Of a stretch of DNA of 64,000 nucleotides, positions 26,475 through 39,179 are shown one piece after another. The notes beneath the pieces are model-generated. The model was not told the origin of the DNA and ran no database searches. It saw only the letters and a list, made by a program, of their open reading frames with translations. The position numbers were made by a program, and so were the translations under genes. This DNA comes from Octopus vulgaris (taxonomy: Eukaryota): the NCBI GenBank assembly GCA_951406725.2, contig OX597832.1, positions 57,536,001 to 57,600,000 on the forward strand, read 5' to 3'. Numbering within the stretch: the stretch's first letter is position 1; each line of letters opens with the position of its first letter.

Positions 26475-26596
26475 ATCGCCTGAGGAGACACATATAGATC
26501 TTCTTATACAGGTAAATCGTTAGATAATTTAATTTAAACTTAACTTTAAATCCTGTATATACGAAGATCTGTATGTATCAAAACATTTGTAGTGAT
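26475..26596 (+). ncRNA. Hammerhead motif with a very long stem II; G12 mutated, probably inactive
   Basis: ATCGC-CTGAGGA-[~25-bp stem, ~40-nt loop]-AAAA-CATTTG-TA-GTGAT. Confidence 0.7.
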
Positions 26597-26644
26597 TAAA
26601 AAGCTGCCTAACCTTACTTACTCTTCCTTTTAACTCTTTTACTT

Positions 26645-26691
<47 letters not shown>

Positions 26692-26954
26692 ATCTAACAT
26701 TCTAACATGTAGATCTTCATAGTTCCTATTAGCAGATGAAACATGTGTAATGGTGAATATATAGTAGTAAAAAATTTCCACTCTCCTGTTTTATTATAAA
26801 ATAAACTCTGCAAATAATATTTCCATAATTCTTGATTTCAACATGTATGTTGACAAACATTACAACACCAACTATGGATACAATTTGGATTGTAGTAATG
26901 GATTAAGCAGGTGTACTTCAAGAGGAGATAGCTGGAATTTACACTATTTACCTA

Positions 26955-27115
26955 GTGCGGGTGTGGCTGTGAGGTAAGAAACTTGCTTCCCAACCACATG
27001 ACTCTGGGTTCAGTCCCACTGCATGACACCTTGGGAAGGTACCTTCTACTATAGCCTTGGGCCTATCAAAGCCTTGTGAGTGGATTTGGTAGATGGAGAC
27101 TGAAAGAAGCCTATC

Positions 27116-27152
<37 letters not shown>

Positions 27153-27345
27153 CGTGTGCCTGTTTTGTCCCTCAACCATCACTTGACAACTGATGTTGGT
27201 ATGTTTGCATCCCTGTAACTTAGTGGTTTGGCAAAAGAGACCGATAGAATAAGTACTAGGCTTACAAAGAATAAGTCCTGTGGTTGATTCGTTCAACTAA
27301 AGGTGGTGCTGCAACCTAGCTACAGTCAAATGACTGAAACAAACA
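26955..27345 (+). mobile_element. SINE family A
   Basis: Similarity to 59954-60353. Confidence 0.85.
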
Positions 27346-27409
27346 TATGAATATATAAAAACAGATATAAGTATATATATATATATATATAAATATATAT
27401 ATATATACT

Positions 27410-27628
27410 CTTTTACTCTTTTACTTGTTTGAGTCACCTGACTGCAGGCATGCTGGAGCACTGCCTTTAATCGAGTGAATCGACTCCAGGACTTATTCTT
27501 TGTTAGCCTGGTACTTATTCTATCGGTCTCTCTTGCCAAACTGCTAAGTTACGGGGGCGTAAATGCACCATGATCGATTGTCAAGCGATGTTGGTGGCAC
27601 AAACACAGATACACATGCATATACATGC

Positions 27629-27683
<55 letters not shown>

Positions 27684-27850
27684 TATATACAACAAGCTTC
27701 TTTCAGTTTCCGTCTACGAAATCGTCTGAGAAGGCTTTCGTTGGCCTGAGGCTATAGTAGAAGACACTTGCCCAAGGTGCCACACAGTGGGAATGAACTT
27801 GGAACCATGTGGTTGGTAAGCAGGCTACTTACCACACAGCCACTCCTGCG
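27410..27850 (-). mobile_element. SINE family A, inverted relative to the previous copy
   Basis: Reverse complement similarity to 59954-60353. Confidence 0.87.
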
Positions 27851-28309
27851 TCAATAATAATATATATATGTTACTAGTGTATGTGCAATAGTGAAAGCCA
27901 TAAAGAAACAATCAAACATCAGTGAGGAAGCCAGAACGAGAGAGGGAGAGAAAAAAGTGAAGAAATGTTTTATGAAGGGATTCCTTTGGGATGTTTGTTC
28001 TGCATTGAGTGAGAGGCACTCCCTTGTCACTGCTACTGTCAGAAATGAAGTGAACCATTTGGTCTAGTCCTCTGGAAACCTGTAAACGAATGATGCCATT
28101 GTTTCCCAATTGACATCTAAAATAAGGAATGTAAAATAATTGAAATTTTTCTGTTGAAATTACTGAGAATATGCCATCTGTCATGCTTTTTCTTCATTTC
28201 TTTCTTTTGCCATTCAACTCAAATCCCTCTCCCTTTCTCTCTTTTTCCTTCTCCCTCTCTCTCATTCTTCCCTTCTTTTTCTCTCTTATCTTACTTTCTC
28301 TTTTACTGT

Positions 28310-28341
<32 letters not shown>

Positions 28342-28544
28342 TGTTTGGTTTGTTACTATAAAACTTAATACTTGTCACCTTAGGATACATGTATTTATTT
28401 TTTTTTTTTTTTTTCTCCTATTCTTTACTACGCATCCAAAAACATTATCGATTTCTTTCCTTTTTTTTTTCTTTTTCAAATTTATTTCATAATGTTATGC
28501 ATCTTTTCCAAAAAAAAAAAGCAAACAAAAAACTAATAATAATG

Positions 28545-28580
<36 letters not shown>

Positions 28581-28831
28581 AAATCTCAAAATTTTAGTAC
28601 ATTTCTAACGCAGTACTTGTAAAACCATGTATGAATTTGTGTTTGTGTGTATGAGTGTGTGTGTGCATGTTTGTATATAAATATATGTGTATACATATGT
28701 GTGTGTGTGTGTATATATATATGTGTGTGTGTGTGTGTGTATATGTGTGTGTGTATATATGTGTGTGTGTGTATATATATATACATACATATATATATGC
28801 AAATATTTATGCATACATATATGTATATATG

Positions 28832-28866
<35 letters not shown>

Positions 28867-29448
28867 GCATACGTATATTTACATATATGCATATATATAT
28901 ATACATGTATATCTATACATAGAGTATAAATACACACATATATATACACACACACATATATCTTATATATTTTATTTATATATATATATATACATATATA
29001 TATACATATATATGTACATATATATATATGTATGTATATACTACATATTTATATGTTTATTCAGATATAAATGTATAAAAATACATGTATATATATATGT
29101 GTGTGTGTGTGTAGCGTGCAAGTGTAAATGAGATGAAGTTTCAAGATGATAACAAGCATTTATCGTAAACACTGAGCCATTCCCATGCAGCAAGCATCAC
29201 GCTGCTCCTCTTTGCTGAAAGGTGTGATACCACCGTTGGAAAATATCTAAACCGCAGTGATTTCCAGTTGACAGCTGATAAAGCGAATATCCCACAGGCA
29301 GTGGAAACTGTAATTAGATCATTGAATAGCACACACACACACACACACATATATATATGTATACAATCATACTTCAACTCTCTCTCTCTCGGTCTCTCAA
29401 ACATACACATACATGTATACACACACACACACACACATGTATGTTTAC

Positions 29449-29482
<34 letters not shown>

Positions 29483-29764
29483 GTATACACATGTTCACAC
29501 TCATACATATCAATATATGTGTGTGGGTGTGTTTGTTTACATGTCAGAAAAGGACATTAAATGATGATGATGATGATCATAGTATGTATATGTATGTAGA
29601 TATCCTTATATATATATGTGTGTGTGTTTGTGTGTATATATACATGTATATATGCACACACACACGCATATAAATATATATATATGTAGATATGCATACA
29701 CTTAGGTATATGTATATATATATATATGTGTGTGTGTGTGTATGTATATGCTTATTTTTGTGTT

Positions 29765-29804
<40 letters not shown>

Positions 29805-32281
29805 TGTATGTGTGTAAGTAAAACTGTAACAATGTGCAGATTCTGCAGTGGTGCATCTTCCTTAACAGCTGTTGTTTGCAGATGACAATCATTTCATCAC
29901 ATTTTAATTGCATTGCACTCTTTGCCGGTGCCAAATAATGGTCTTTTTCTTTGGTTCATAAAAACCCCTTCTCTTCTAGCCATTTCGCTGATATCTCTAA
30001 AGAAATCAGCCTACGCAAATAGATACCATCTGTGACTCACTTAACTCAAATCTGCAACACCCTGCAGTATCTTTGTCGTATTCCGCTGGCAAATGATGGC
30101 ACCCTACATTGTTGCACTTAGTTTTGGCCATCTCTTCATATCCCAGTTTTCATTCCTCTATGAAATTCCTCATCGTTTGTTTCTGTTGATCACTGTTGCT
30201 CATTCTGCTATCATTCCAGCCAATAATAGCAGTTCAGAACTTCTTCATAATAAGTAAGCAACAACATAACAATAATAAATATCTGTATCCTATGCAGCAT
30301 GCCCGTTATTTCTTAATTTCAAATTGAAACTTTTAATCCCCCCAAATACTATCAAGAAATTATTATCTCCCTTGTATGAACTCTTTTCTTGGGGAAACTA
30401 GGAGTTTTCTGTGTCTTCTCTCAAGCCTTTTACAAAACTCGACACCTCTAGACATGCTTGGTCACTCACCATATCATAGTGGCATTACGTATTGGCATTC
30501 ATCTGACAGGGTGAACCCAACATAGTTCTTTGAATCAAAGCAGATTCCATGAATTTTGTTAGTAGTAAAATCACGGCTTACAACAAATCCTTTAATTCTG
30601 TAAGCTTTGGAGACCCAGGAAGAGATTGGACAAACTACTGAGGAATGACCTCAGGGTACTGAACCTTTCAGATGAGATGACAAAGGACCAAGATGCCTGG
30701 CACCTTGCTCCTTCTCAAGAAGACCTGTACTCTGCAGCAGAAGTGTTAAGACTGGTCATCCTGGTGGTGAAGATTGACTTGTAAGAGTCTTGTGCTGGCG
30801 CCAAATAAAAGTGCCCATGCAGTGCCATGTAAAAGTGCCTGTGTGAAACTACGTAAAAGCACCTGCATAGCACCATGCAAAAGCACCCAGTACACTCTGT
30901 AGAGTGGTTGGCATTGGAAGGGCATCTAACTGTAGAAACCCTTAACAGTTCTGGTCAAACCGTCCAACCCATGCCAGCATGGACAATGGATGTAAAATGA
31001 TGATAATATCAATCTCATTAAGGTAGCAGCCATCTTAAATAGCCAAGGTCATGTGACCACTGGGTTGAGTTACATGATATAGTAAGCATTATTCATGACA
31101 CGAAGCCTACAACACTACCCCATGAGTGTCATGTGTTGCCCTTCTCTGTTACATAACATTCACACAAAGTACTGCATATGGTCATTGGTATCCCCTTATT
31201 TGTTCTTGTAGAATTGTAGACACTGTAGTTCGGGTAATTCCTTATCTGGTTCACTGTCTTTTCATGCCTTACCATTGTCATTCAGTAAACAGAATTCATG
31301 TCCAGTGATTAGATACAGCAGTCATTGTGAGTGAAATGTGTAAAGTAATAATGGATCCCATCAATGGGAGAATTAACACTTCTTACTTAGATAAGCCCTT
31401 TGCTCCCTCTGTAACATGAGACCTTTGGTGACTTTTCTCCCCTGTTCTTAACTCTGGGCTGTCTTTTTGGCTTCTCGCCAGTTTGATCCTTGCTTTTTCA
31501 ACACCATTTCAATATCCTACTGCCAGCTATTTTTTTTTTTGTTTTTGCATCCTCTCTTCTGCAGCTTTTGTGAGTTCCAGGTCAGGGCCTGCCATGTAAT
31601 GCAGAACATTAGTTTCCTTGACCCATTTAATATTTAATCTGGCCATATCTAGCCCAAATATTCTATTGTTTGATGTTGAAACTGGCCAGATCCTGTCTCC
31701 CACACTTACCCTACAAGGTCTTAAAGCTACAAGATGATAAATGATCAGATAAAAACAATTTGAATAAATAAACATGACATTTGACAGAGTGATATGAATG
31801 CTAAAGGGTTAAAGTGGGGCCCTTCCTATCCTTGCTTCTGCTTCAAGATCGATTCTCCCTCTGGCACCTGCCCCAACTTCTTCCACAACTCCTTATTTCT
31901 TATCTCATCTTATCCAGCCATTAAATTTGAGGAAAACAACTTCAGAAGGTTATTGATGAAGATCTGTATCTTCTGCAGTGTCTTTTTAACTTTTCTCCAT
32001 TTCTTTGATCTCTAGAGAAGGATGCACTTCATTTTAGAATTGAAGATTTTCAGTTTACTTTTGATGGTAATTTCTCAGGAAGCCCAAATGTTCTTGCAAA
32101 TGGTGATGATCGCTTTGACTTTAACTACTCCAGCAACGGCATCTCTCTGTGTGCCACCCTTCTTTATCTACTGTACTAATTAATTCTTCAAATTTGAACA
32201 AATTCGGCCACCCTTATTCACTGTACTAGGGCGATGTAGTTATATTCATTTTATACATAACAATTAACTTTCTGAGCAACA

Positions 32282-32500
32282 TACAAGGGAGTGCTGAAAA
32301 GTTCCTGGCTTTGGGTAAAACAAAATACAGGAGGATCAGTTAATTATGATTTTATTCAACATATTCTCCTCTCAGATTCACACACATACTGCAGTGGACT
32401 TTCAATTTTTCTAAACCCTGTAAAAGAACTCAAAAGGATGGACCTCCAAACAGGCCTTTCACAACACCCTTGAAGCCTGGAATTTTCTAGAACCTCTTCA
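32282..32500. mobile_element. Mariner-type MITE
   Basis: TACAAGGGAGTGCTGAAAAGTTCCTGGCTT with an eroded inverted counterpart AAGCCTGGAATTTTCTAGAACCTCTT. Second copy at 33577-33785. Confidence 0.7.
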
Positions 32501-32544
32501 TGTGTTTGTTTGTGTGTGTGAGTATATATATAATCATCATCATA

Positions 32545-33070
32545 GTCATCATCGTTTAACATTTGTTTTCCATGCTAGCATGGGTTGGATAGTTTGACTG
32601 AGGTCTGGAAAGCCAGCAGCTGCACCAGGCTCCAATCTGATCTGGCAATGTTTCTACAGATGGATGACCTTCCTAACACCAACCACTCCAAGAGTGTAGT
32701 GAGTACTTTCTATGTGCCACTGGCACAGGAGCTAGTCAGGCGGGCCTGGCATCGATCACATTTAGATAATGTTTTTTACGTAACACCAGCACGGGAGCCA
32801 ATCAAAGGGCACTGGCAGTAGCCATGTTCAGATGGTGTTTTTTATGTTCCACTGGCATGGGAGCCAGTCAGGAAGCTCTGGCATTGATCATGTTCAGATA
32901 GTGCTTTTTACATGCTACCGGCATGGGAGCCAGTCAGGGGGCACTGGCATCGACCACGTTTGGATGATGCATTTTACATGCCTCCAGAATGAGAGCCAGT
33001 CAGGGGACACTGGCCACAGCTACAATTTTGGTTTTGCTTCACTCAATACATCTTCTCAAGCATATCATAT
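32545..33070 (-). mobile_element. RTE-LINE 3' UTR with about six tandem ~60-bp modules
   Basis: Tail sequence followed by repeated ...GGTGCTTTTTACGTGCCACCGGCACGGGAGCCAGTCAGG...-like units. Confidence 0.8.
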
Positions 33071-33124
33071 TACCTGATGCATCAAGGGTACTTTTGAATA
33101 GGCCGGACATGCAACAATGCACAA

Positions 33125-33164
<40 letters not shown>

Positions 33165-33223
33165 GACTGCTAAATCCACGTTTTTTTGTTATTCTCTCTC
33201 TCTCTCTTTATTTCCTCATGTTC

Positions 33224-33259
33224 CTTTCTGTTGAAGAGCATAGGCTCGAAACGTAAAAG
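33224..33259 (+). ncRNA. Minimal type-I hammerhead motif, CUGUUGA variant
   Basis: CTTT-CTGTTGA-a-GAGC-atag-GCTC-GAAA-CG-TA-AAAG. Confidence 0.65.
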
Positions 33260-33345
33260 ACTTTTTCACTTTCCCAGGCATCAGATTAATACAGTTGCTT
33301 GTTGTTCATACACCTGTCTTTGTCTTTTGTTTTCCTGTAAATTTC

Positions 33346-33390
<45 letters not shown>

Positions 33391-33474
33391 ATCCAAACAT
33401 GAAAACACAACAACGCGAGGACGTGGAACAAATATAGTATTATTGGACGCTCAGAAAGGAAGGGAAGAAGGAGG

Positions 33475-33509
33475 GTTTTACGTTTCGAGCAGAGCTCTTC
33501 ATCAGAAAC
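33475..33509 (-). ncRNA. Minimal type-I hammerhead ribozyme, intact core
   Basis: Minus strand reads GTTT-CTGATGA-a-GAGC-tct-GCTC-GAAA-CG-TA-AAAC. Stem III is reduced to the ACGT palindrome, as in Penelope pseudo-LTR hammerheads. Confidence 0.8.
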
Positions 33510-33576
33510 ATAGGAAAAGGAAAGATCCAGAGAAGGGAAAACAGAGGGGAAAAAACAGTACACATGTGGTCACATA

Positions 33577-33785
33577 CACGAGGGGGAGCTGAAAAATTTC
33601 CGATTTTTGGTAAAAGAAAATTCCCGAGGATTAGTTAATCATGATTTTATTCAACACATTCTCCAATTAGACTCACGCACTTATTCAGTTTTTCTAAGTC
33701 CTGTAAAAGAACTTGGCAGGTTGGGCATGAAACCAGGCCTTTCACAATACCCTCAAAGCCCGGAACTTTCCGGCACCACATTGCA
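33577..33785. mobile_element. Mariner-type MITE, second copy
   Basis: Homologous to 32282-32500. Confidence 0.65.
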
Positions 33786-34301
33786 CATCGACTGACTGAC
33801 TGTCGTTGGTGTGGTGAGTATATATGCATGCGTGTGGATCAGTGATGATGTTTGTTACTATGATAATCTCGTGTTTCTGATTTACAAAATTCTAATGACT
33901 GACGTGACGTCGGCTCCTTTTGAGACATTTATATTCAGAACCACATCTAGCTGCAAGTGTTGATCTGCAACTAAACATTGGTTTACCTGTTGACTATCGG
34001 AAATAATATGCCATGGAATTCAATTAAAATTGGATATTTCACACATTGAAAAGTTCCTTATGAATGAGATGTTCTCTGAGAGAGAGAGAGAAGGGGAGTG
34101 AGAGAGAAATATGAGGCTTGTTGTGTGGAGAGCCTAACAACAAAGGGGATTTATAGTTTTACTAAAGCTGTGTTTTGTATTCAATTGATTTGAAACAGTT
34201 TACATTGCTCTTTTTCTCACCGCTGTGTCTACATACATACTTACATATACATACATATGCATATGTTTGTATAAGTATATATATATATATCTATATATAT
34301 G

Positions 34302-34350
<49 letters not shown>

Positions 34351-34355
34351 GTATG

Positions 34356-34390
<35 letters not shown>

Positions 34391-34566
34391 GCATATATAT
34401 ATATTATATATTTATATGCATGTATATATATGCATATATATATATTATATATTTATATGCATGTATATATATGCATATATATATATTTATGTATATATAT
34501 ATATGATATATATATATATATGTATACATGTATGTTTATATATATGTATATGTATATATCTCTTTA

Positions 34567-34597
<31 letters not shown>

Positions 34598-35041
34598 CAT
34601 ATACTTATATGTATATGTATGTATGTATATTTTATATATATATATACATATATATATACACACATATACATATATATATATACATACACACACACACGCA
34701 TGCACACACACACACACGTACACATGCACACTCACACACACACAATTACATATATTCCTTTCTGTGTTTTTTGTAAATCCCTTTGTAATGATTTTTAATA
34801 TATATACATACTTTACATAATGATGATTATAATTAGGTTGGTTTTCTTTTTTTTTGCTTTCTCTTTCCTTTCAATTGTGGTTTTGTCTTTTTTTTTTTGC
34901 CGGTTTGTCATTCTCCAAAATAAACGTGAAGATAAAACGAAATGTCCAGTGTATATTGATTTTGATTTCATAATCCTCTTATCTACAAATAATAATAATG
35001 ATGATGATAGCAACAACAACAAAACAACAATAAAAATGATG

Positions 35042-35080
<39 letters not shown>

Positions 35081-35092
35081 GCAATAACAATG

Positions 35093-35132
<40 letters not shown>

Positions 35133-35225
35133 GGATAATAATAATAACAACAAAGAAAGAATATTCAATAATCTGTTAGAATTTATTGAGGAATTTTTGT
35201 TTCTTGTTCTCAATTAAGAGATACA

Positions 35226-35262
<37 letters not shown>

Positions 35263-35388
35263 ACACACAAACACATATGTGTATGTGTGTTTTTGTGTGT
35301 ACATACATACATCCACATGTATATCTGTATGTACATATATGTATACACACACACTCAAGTGTGTGTGTGCAAGTATATATGTACACAT

Positions 35389-35429
<41 letters not shown>

Positions 35430-35431
<2 letters not shown>

Positions 35432-35608
35432 GCAAAATGTAACCACATGTGGATCATTTTGGACTTTTCTCTGTCTCCTGTTTCTGACAAAGAGCTTTGC
35501 TCGAAACATAAAACTATTTGTCTTTCCTTCTCTGAGCATCTGCTAATACTTTGCATGTACCACATCCTCGTGCTGTTGTTTTTTTCTTGTGTTTTCCCTT
35601 GTTTTTTT
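35430..35608 (+). mobile_element. Penelope-like pseudo-LTR with a decayed hammerhead (35480-35514)
   Basis: GTTT-CTGACAA-a-GAGC-ttt-GCTC-GAAA-CATA-AAAC. Same family as the minus copy at 33387-33572. Confidence 0.7.
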
Positions 35609-35609
35609 G

Positions 35610-37690
35610 GGGAAGGAACCAGACTGTTGGAGTTCTGCGATGCAAATGATCTTGTGGTTTGGAATACTAACTTCAGGAAATCTGCCAGTCACCTGGTCAC
35701 CTTGTCACCTACCATTCTGGCAGACACACTAGCCAAATTGGCTACATCCTTGCCAGAGAAAAGGAAAGATGGCTGCTTATAAATGCCAAAATCTTCCCAG
35801 GCGAAGAATGTGCCCCATAACATAGACTAGTAGTTAGCGACTTCAGGATCAGGGCTAAATGGATCTCCAGAAGACGACCAGCATGGAGGAGAAGTGTCTG
35901 GAAGCTTAAAGATCCTGCAAATGGACAGAGATTTAGAGACGTATTACTCAAAGCCTTTGATGAAATAGAAGGGGATATAGCATCACATGATGTGGAAGGC
36001 AACTGGAGGTTTCTATGGGATAACCTGCTGAAGGCCACTGACTAGATCTGTGGATAGTGTAAAGTCCCCTCTCGACCCAAGGTAACGTGGTGGTGGAACA
36101 ATGTTGTTGACAGGGCTATTAGAGAAAGGAAACAGGCTTGGAAGGACTGGAAGAATGGTGGTAGCAAGGAATTGTATCAGTCTGCCAGAAGGGAAGCTAG
36201 GAGACAGGTTTATTTAGCCAGAGGGGAAGCAGATAAGAAAAAAATTTGCCAATGTTCTGCGGTGTGAGGATCAAAGAATTGAGGTATTTTGTGTTGCAAG
36301 ACAGTATGTGAGAGAGAATCGTGATGTGGTAGGAGAGAAATGTGTTCGCATGGATGATAGTTCACTTGCACTAAACGAGATTTCAAAGAGAGAGGTTTGG
36401 AGACGCCACTATGAAAGGTTGCTCAATAAAGAGAATGAATGGGAGAAAGAGAGTCTGCCGAATGTCAACCCAACAGAGGGACCAGCTATCCGAATTGACA
36501 GTACCTTAGTAGATAAAGCAATTAAGAGTATGAAGATGGGGAGAGCCCCTGGCTGATCAGGAATCACTGCAGAGATGCTCAAAATATCTGGCGGTTTCAG
36601 CTATAGCCTAGTCACCCATATAGTTAACCAGATGATACATGAAGGAGTCATACCCAATGACTGGTGTAGCAGCACCATAGTCAACTGCTACAAAGGTAAA
36701 GGTGTTGCTTTAGATACAAATAATTACAGAGGTATCAAGTTGTTGGATTAGGTAATGAAGGTCACGGAGAGAGTCACAGCCCAACTAATTAGGAAGAGAG
36801 TCAGTTTAGATGAGATGCAGTTTGAGTTCGTACCAGGGAAAAGCACCACTGATGCTATATTTCTAGTAAGACAGCTGCAGGAGAAATACCTAGCCAAAGA
36901 TAAACCTCTGTACCTGGCTTTTGTTGACATGGAGAAAGCCATTGACAGGGTCCCCGGATACCTTATCTGGTGGTCAATGAGGAAACAAGGGATAGATGAA
37001 TGGCTAGTGAGAGCTGTGCAAGCCATGTACAGGGATGCTGTCAGTAAGGTGAGGGTTGGTAACAAGTAGAGTGAAGAATTCCATATAGAGGTAGGGGTCC
37101 ACCAAGCCTCAGTCCTCATCCCCCTCCTATTTATCATAGTCCTCCAGGAAATAACAGAGGAATTCAAGGCAGGATGCCCCTCGGAGCTCCTCAATGCTGA
37201 TGACCTTGCTCTAATTGCTGAGTCACTATCAGAACTAGAGAAGTTTCAGGTGTGGAAGCAAGGATTAGAACCTAAGGGCCTTAGAATCAACCTAGTTAAA
37301 ATGAAAGACAAGTAGGAAAGCAGAGAAACCACAAACCCCTTCAGGTAGATGGCCCTGCTCAATCTATAAAAAAGTCATAGGTAGAAACTCTATAAGATGT
37401 ACCTAGTGTAAGCTATGGACACATAAGAGGTGCAGTAATATCAAAGGAAGGGTAACTGGGAAGATAGTTTTTGTATGTGGAAGATGCTCAGGAGCAATAA
37501 ACATTGAAAATGTGAAGAGAACAACCTCTGCCACATTCCAGGGAGAAAAACTAGAAGTAGTTGATAGCTTCTGTTACCTAGGTGACCAAGTCAGTAGTGG
37601 GGCTGGGTGCTCTGAAAGTGTAGCTGCCATGAGAGGCATCTGTGCCAGTGGAGCACAAGAGCACCATCCAAGTGTGATCGTTGCCAGGGC
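35610..37690 (+). mobile_element. Decayed RTE-type LINE ORF (APE C-terminus, linker, RT)
   Basis: EGTRLLEFCDANDL...NTNFRK, WWNN, NYRGIKLL, QFEFVPGKSTTDAIF, FVDMEKA.DRV, (Y>N)ADD. Many stops and frameshifts. Confidence 0.95.
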
Positions 37691-38529
37691 TATTCTTATC
37701 ACTGTGCCTGTCTCTCATTGATACCCTAACTCCAATTTCCCCTTTCCCTTCCCTTATCTTTCTTTCACCCACCTTCTACCCATCTCTGATTAATGTGGTG
37801 TGGCACTACTTCTTCTTCTCAAACCTCCCACTCTCCTGTCAGACTCCAACTCTCTCTGTCACGAAACCCATCTGACAGATTTTCCCTCCAATTGTTTGTG
37901 TGGCCTGCTTGTGTGCCTAGCTAGTGGAGTGGTGTCATTTGAAAGATAAAACAATGCGAGGAAGTGCATTGTGATCAGTGGTGTATAATATCCGATCACC
38001 TTGTTGATATAGTGACATGTGTGAGAAAGTGTGTGTGTGTGTGTGTTAGTATATGTGTGGATACATGCCAGCATGGAAAACATGTTAAATAATAATATAT
38101 ACACACATACATACATACACATATGCACACACACACAAACATGGGGACACACAGACACACACACACACATATACCTGTACCCGCTAGTGTAGTAGTTGTG
38201 AAAAAAGATGAGGTTTATGTGCATGCGAAATGAATTATGTGGAAATAAATGGTGCAGAATGGTTTCTAGTTACGTCTGCGATGTCTTACTTGATTGATGA
38301 TGGAATTGTAAATGCGTTGCCATAGTAGTAATTTAAAGATTGGGTGGCGGGTGGAGGTTGTGGGGGTGGGTGGGTGTTGATTGCAACATCATATATAATA
38401 CATAGATATGTGTAAGAATGGTTCATGGTACATATTCATTTGCGCACACACACACACACACACACACATACCATTGCAGTTGCTAAGAATTCTATACATA
38501 TTTGTCTGTCTGTCTGTCAGTCTATCATC

Positions 38530-38730
38530 CCTCCATCCTTCCACCTGTCCAGCCATCCGTTTGTCCATCTATCTGACCGTCCAGCCATCCATCTGTCCGT
38601 CCAGCCATCCATCCGTCCGTCCATCTGTCCGTCCATCGGTCCGTCCAGCCATCCATCTGTCCGTCCAGCCATCCATCCGTCCATCCATCTGTCCGTCCAT
38701 CGGTCCGTCCAGCTATCCATCCGTTTGTCC
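38530..38730. repeat. CCAT/CCGT-based minisatellite with a duplicated ~65-bp higher-order unit
   Basis: ccgtccagccatccatctgtccgtccagccatccatccgtcc...catcggt occurs twice. Confidence 0.9.
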
Positions 38731-39179
38731 ATTGTCTGACCATTTGACAGAGAGAAAAGACAGATCGACCGGTGGATCACCAATTGATCTGTCTTTTCTC
38801 TCTGTCTTTTATCTTTTCCTTGTTTCAGCCATTAGATTGCGACCATGCTGTGGCACCACCTTCAAGAATTTTATTTTTTTGAAGTACTGGTACTTGTTCT
38901 GTCATTCTCTTTTGCAGAACTGCTAGATTATGGGAGGCATAAACATGCCACCATTGGTTGTCAAGCGATGGTGGAGGACAAACACAAGAACACACACATG
39001 ACAAGCTTCTTTTAGTTTCCATCTACCAAATCCACACAGAAGGCTTTGGTTGGCTTGAGGCTATAGTAGAAGACTCTTGCCCAAAGTACCACATAGTGGA
39101 CTTGAATCCAGTTGTGGTTGGGAATCCTGCTTTCTTGCCTACCTATTTTGGCAGTAGCCTGTGGGTCAGAATTACCATT

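Noticed and set aside
29141-29307. Minus-strand frame STACGIFALSAVNWKSLRF...
   Set aside because: Poor polypyrimidine tract and no recognisable family.
29891-29932. CATTGCACTC..., similar to miR-92/25
   Set aside because: No complementary 5p arm at a suitable distance.
32690-33020. Regular ~60-bp repeats resembling a CRISPR array
   Set aside because: Whole units are homologous with no unique spacers. They are part of a eukaryotic LINE 3' UTR.
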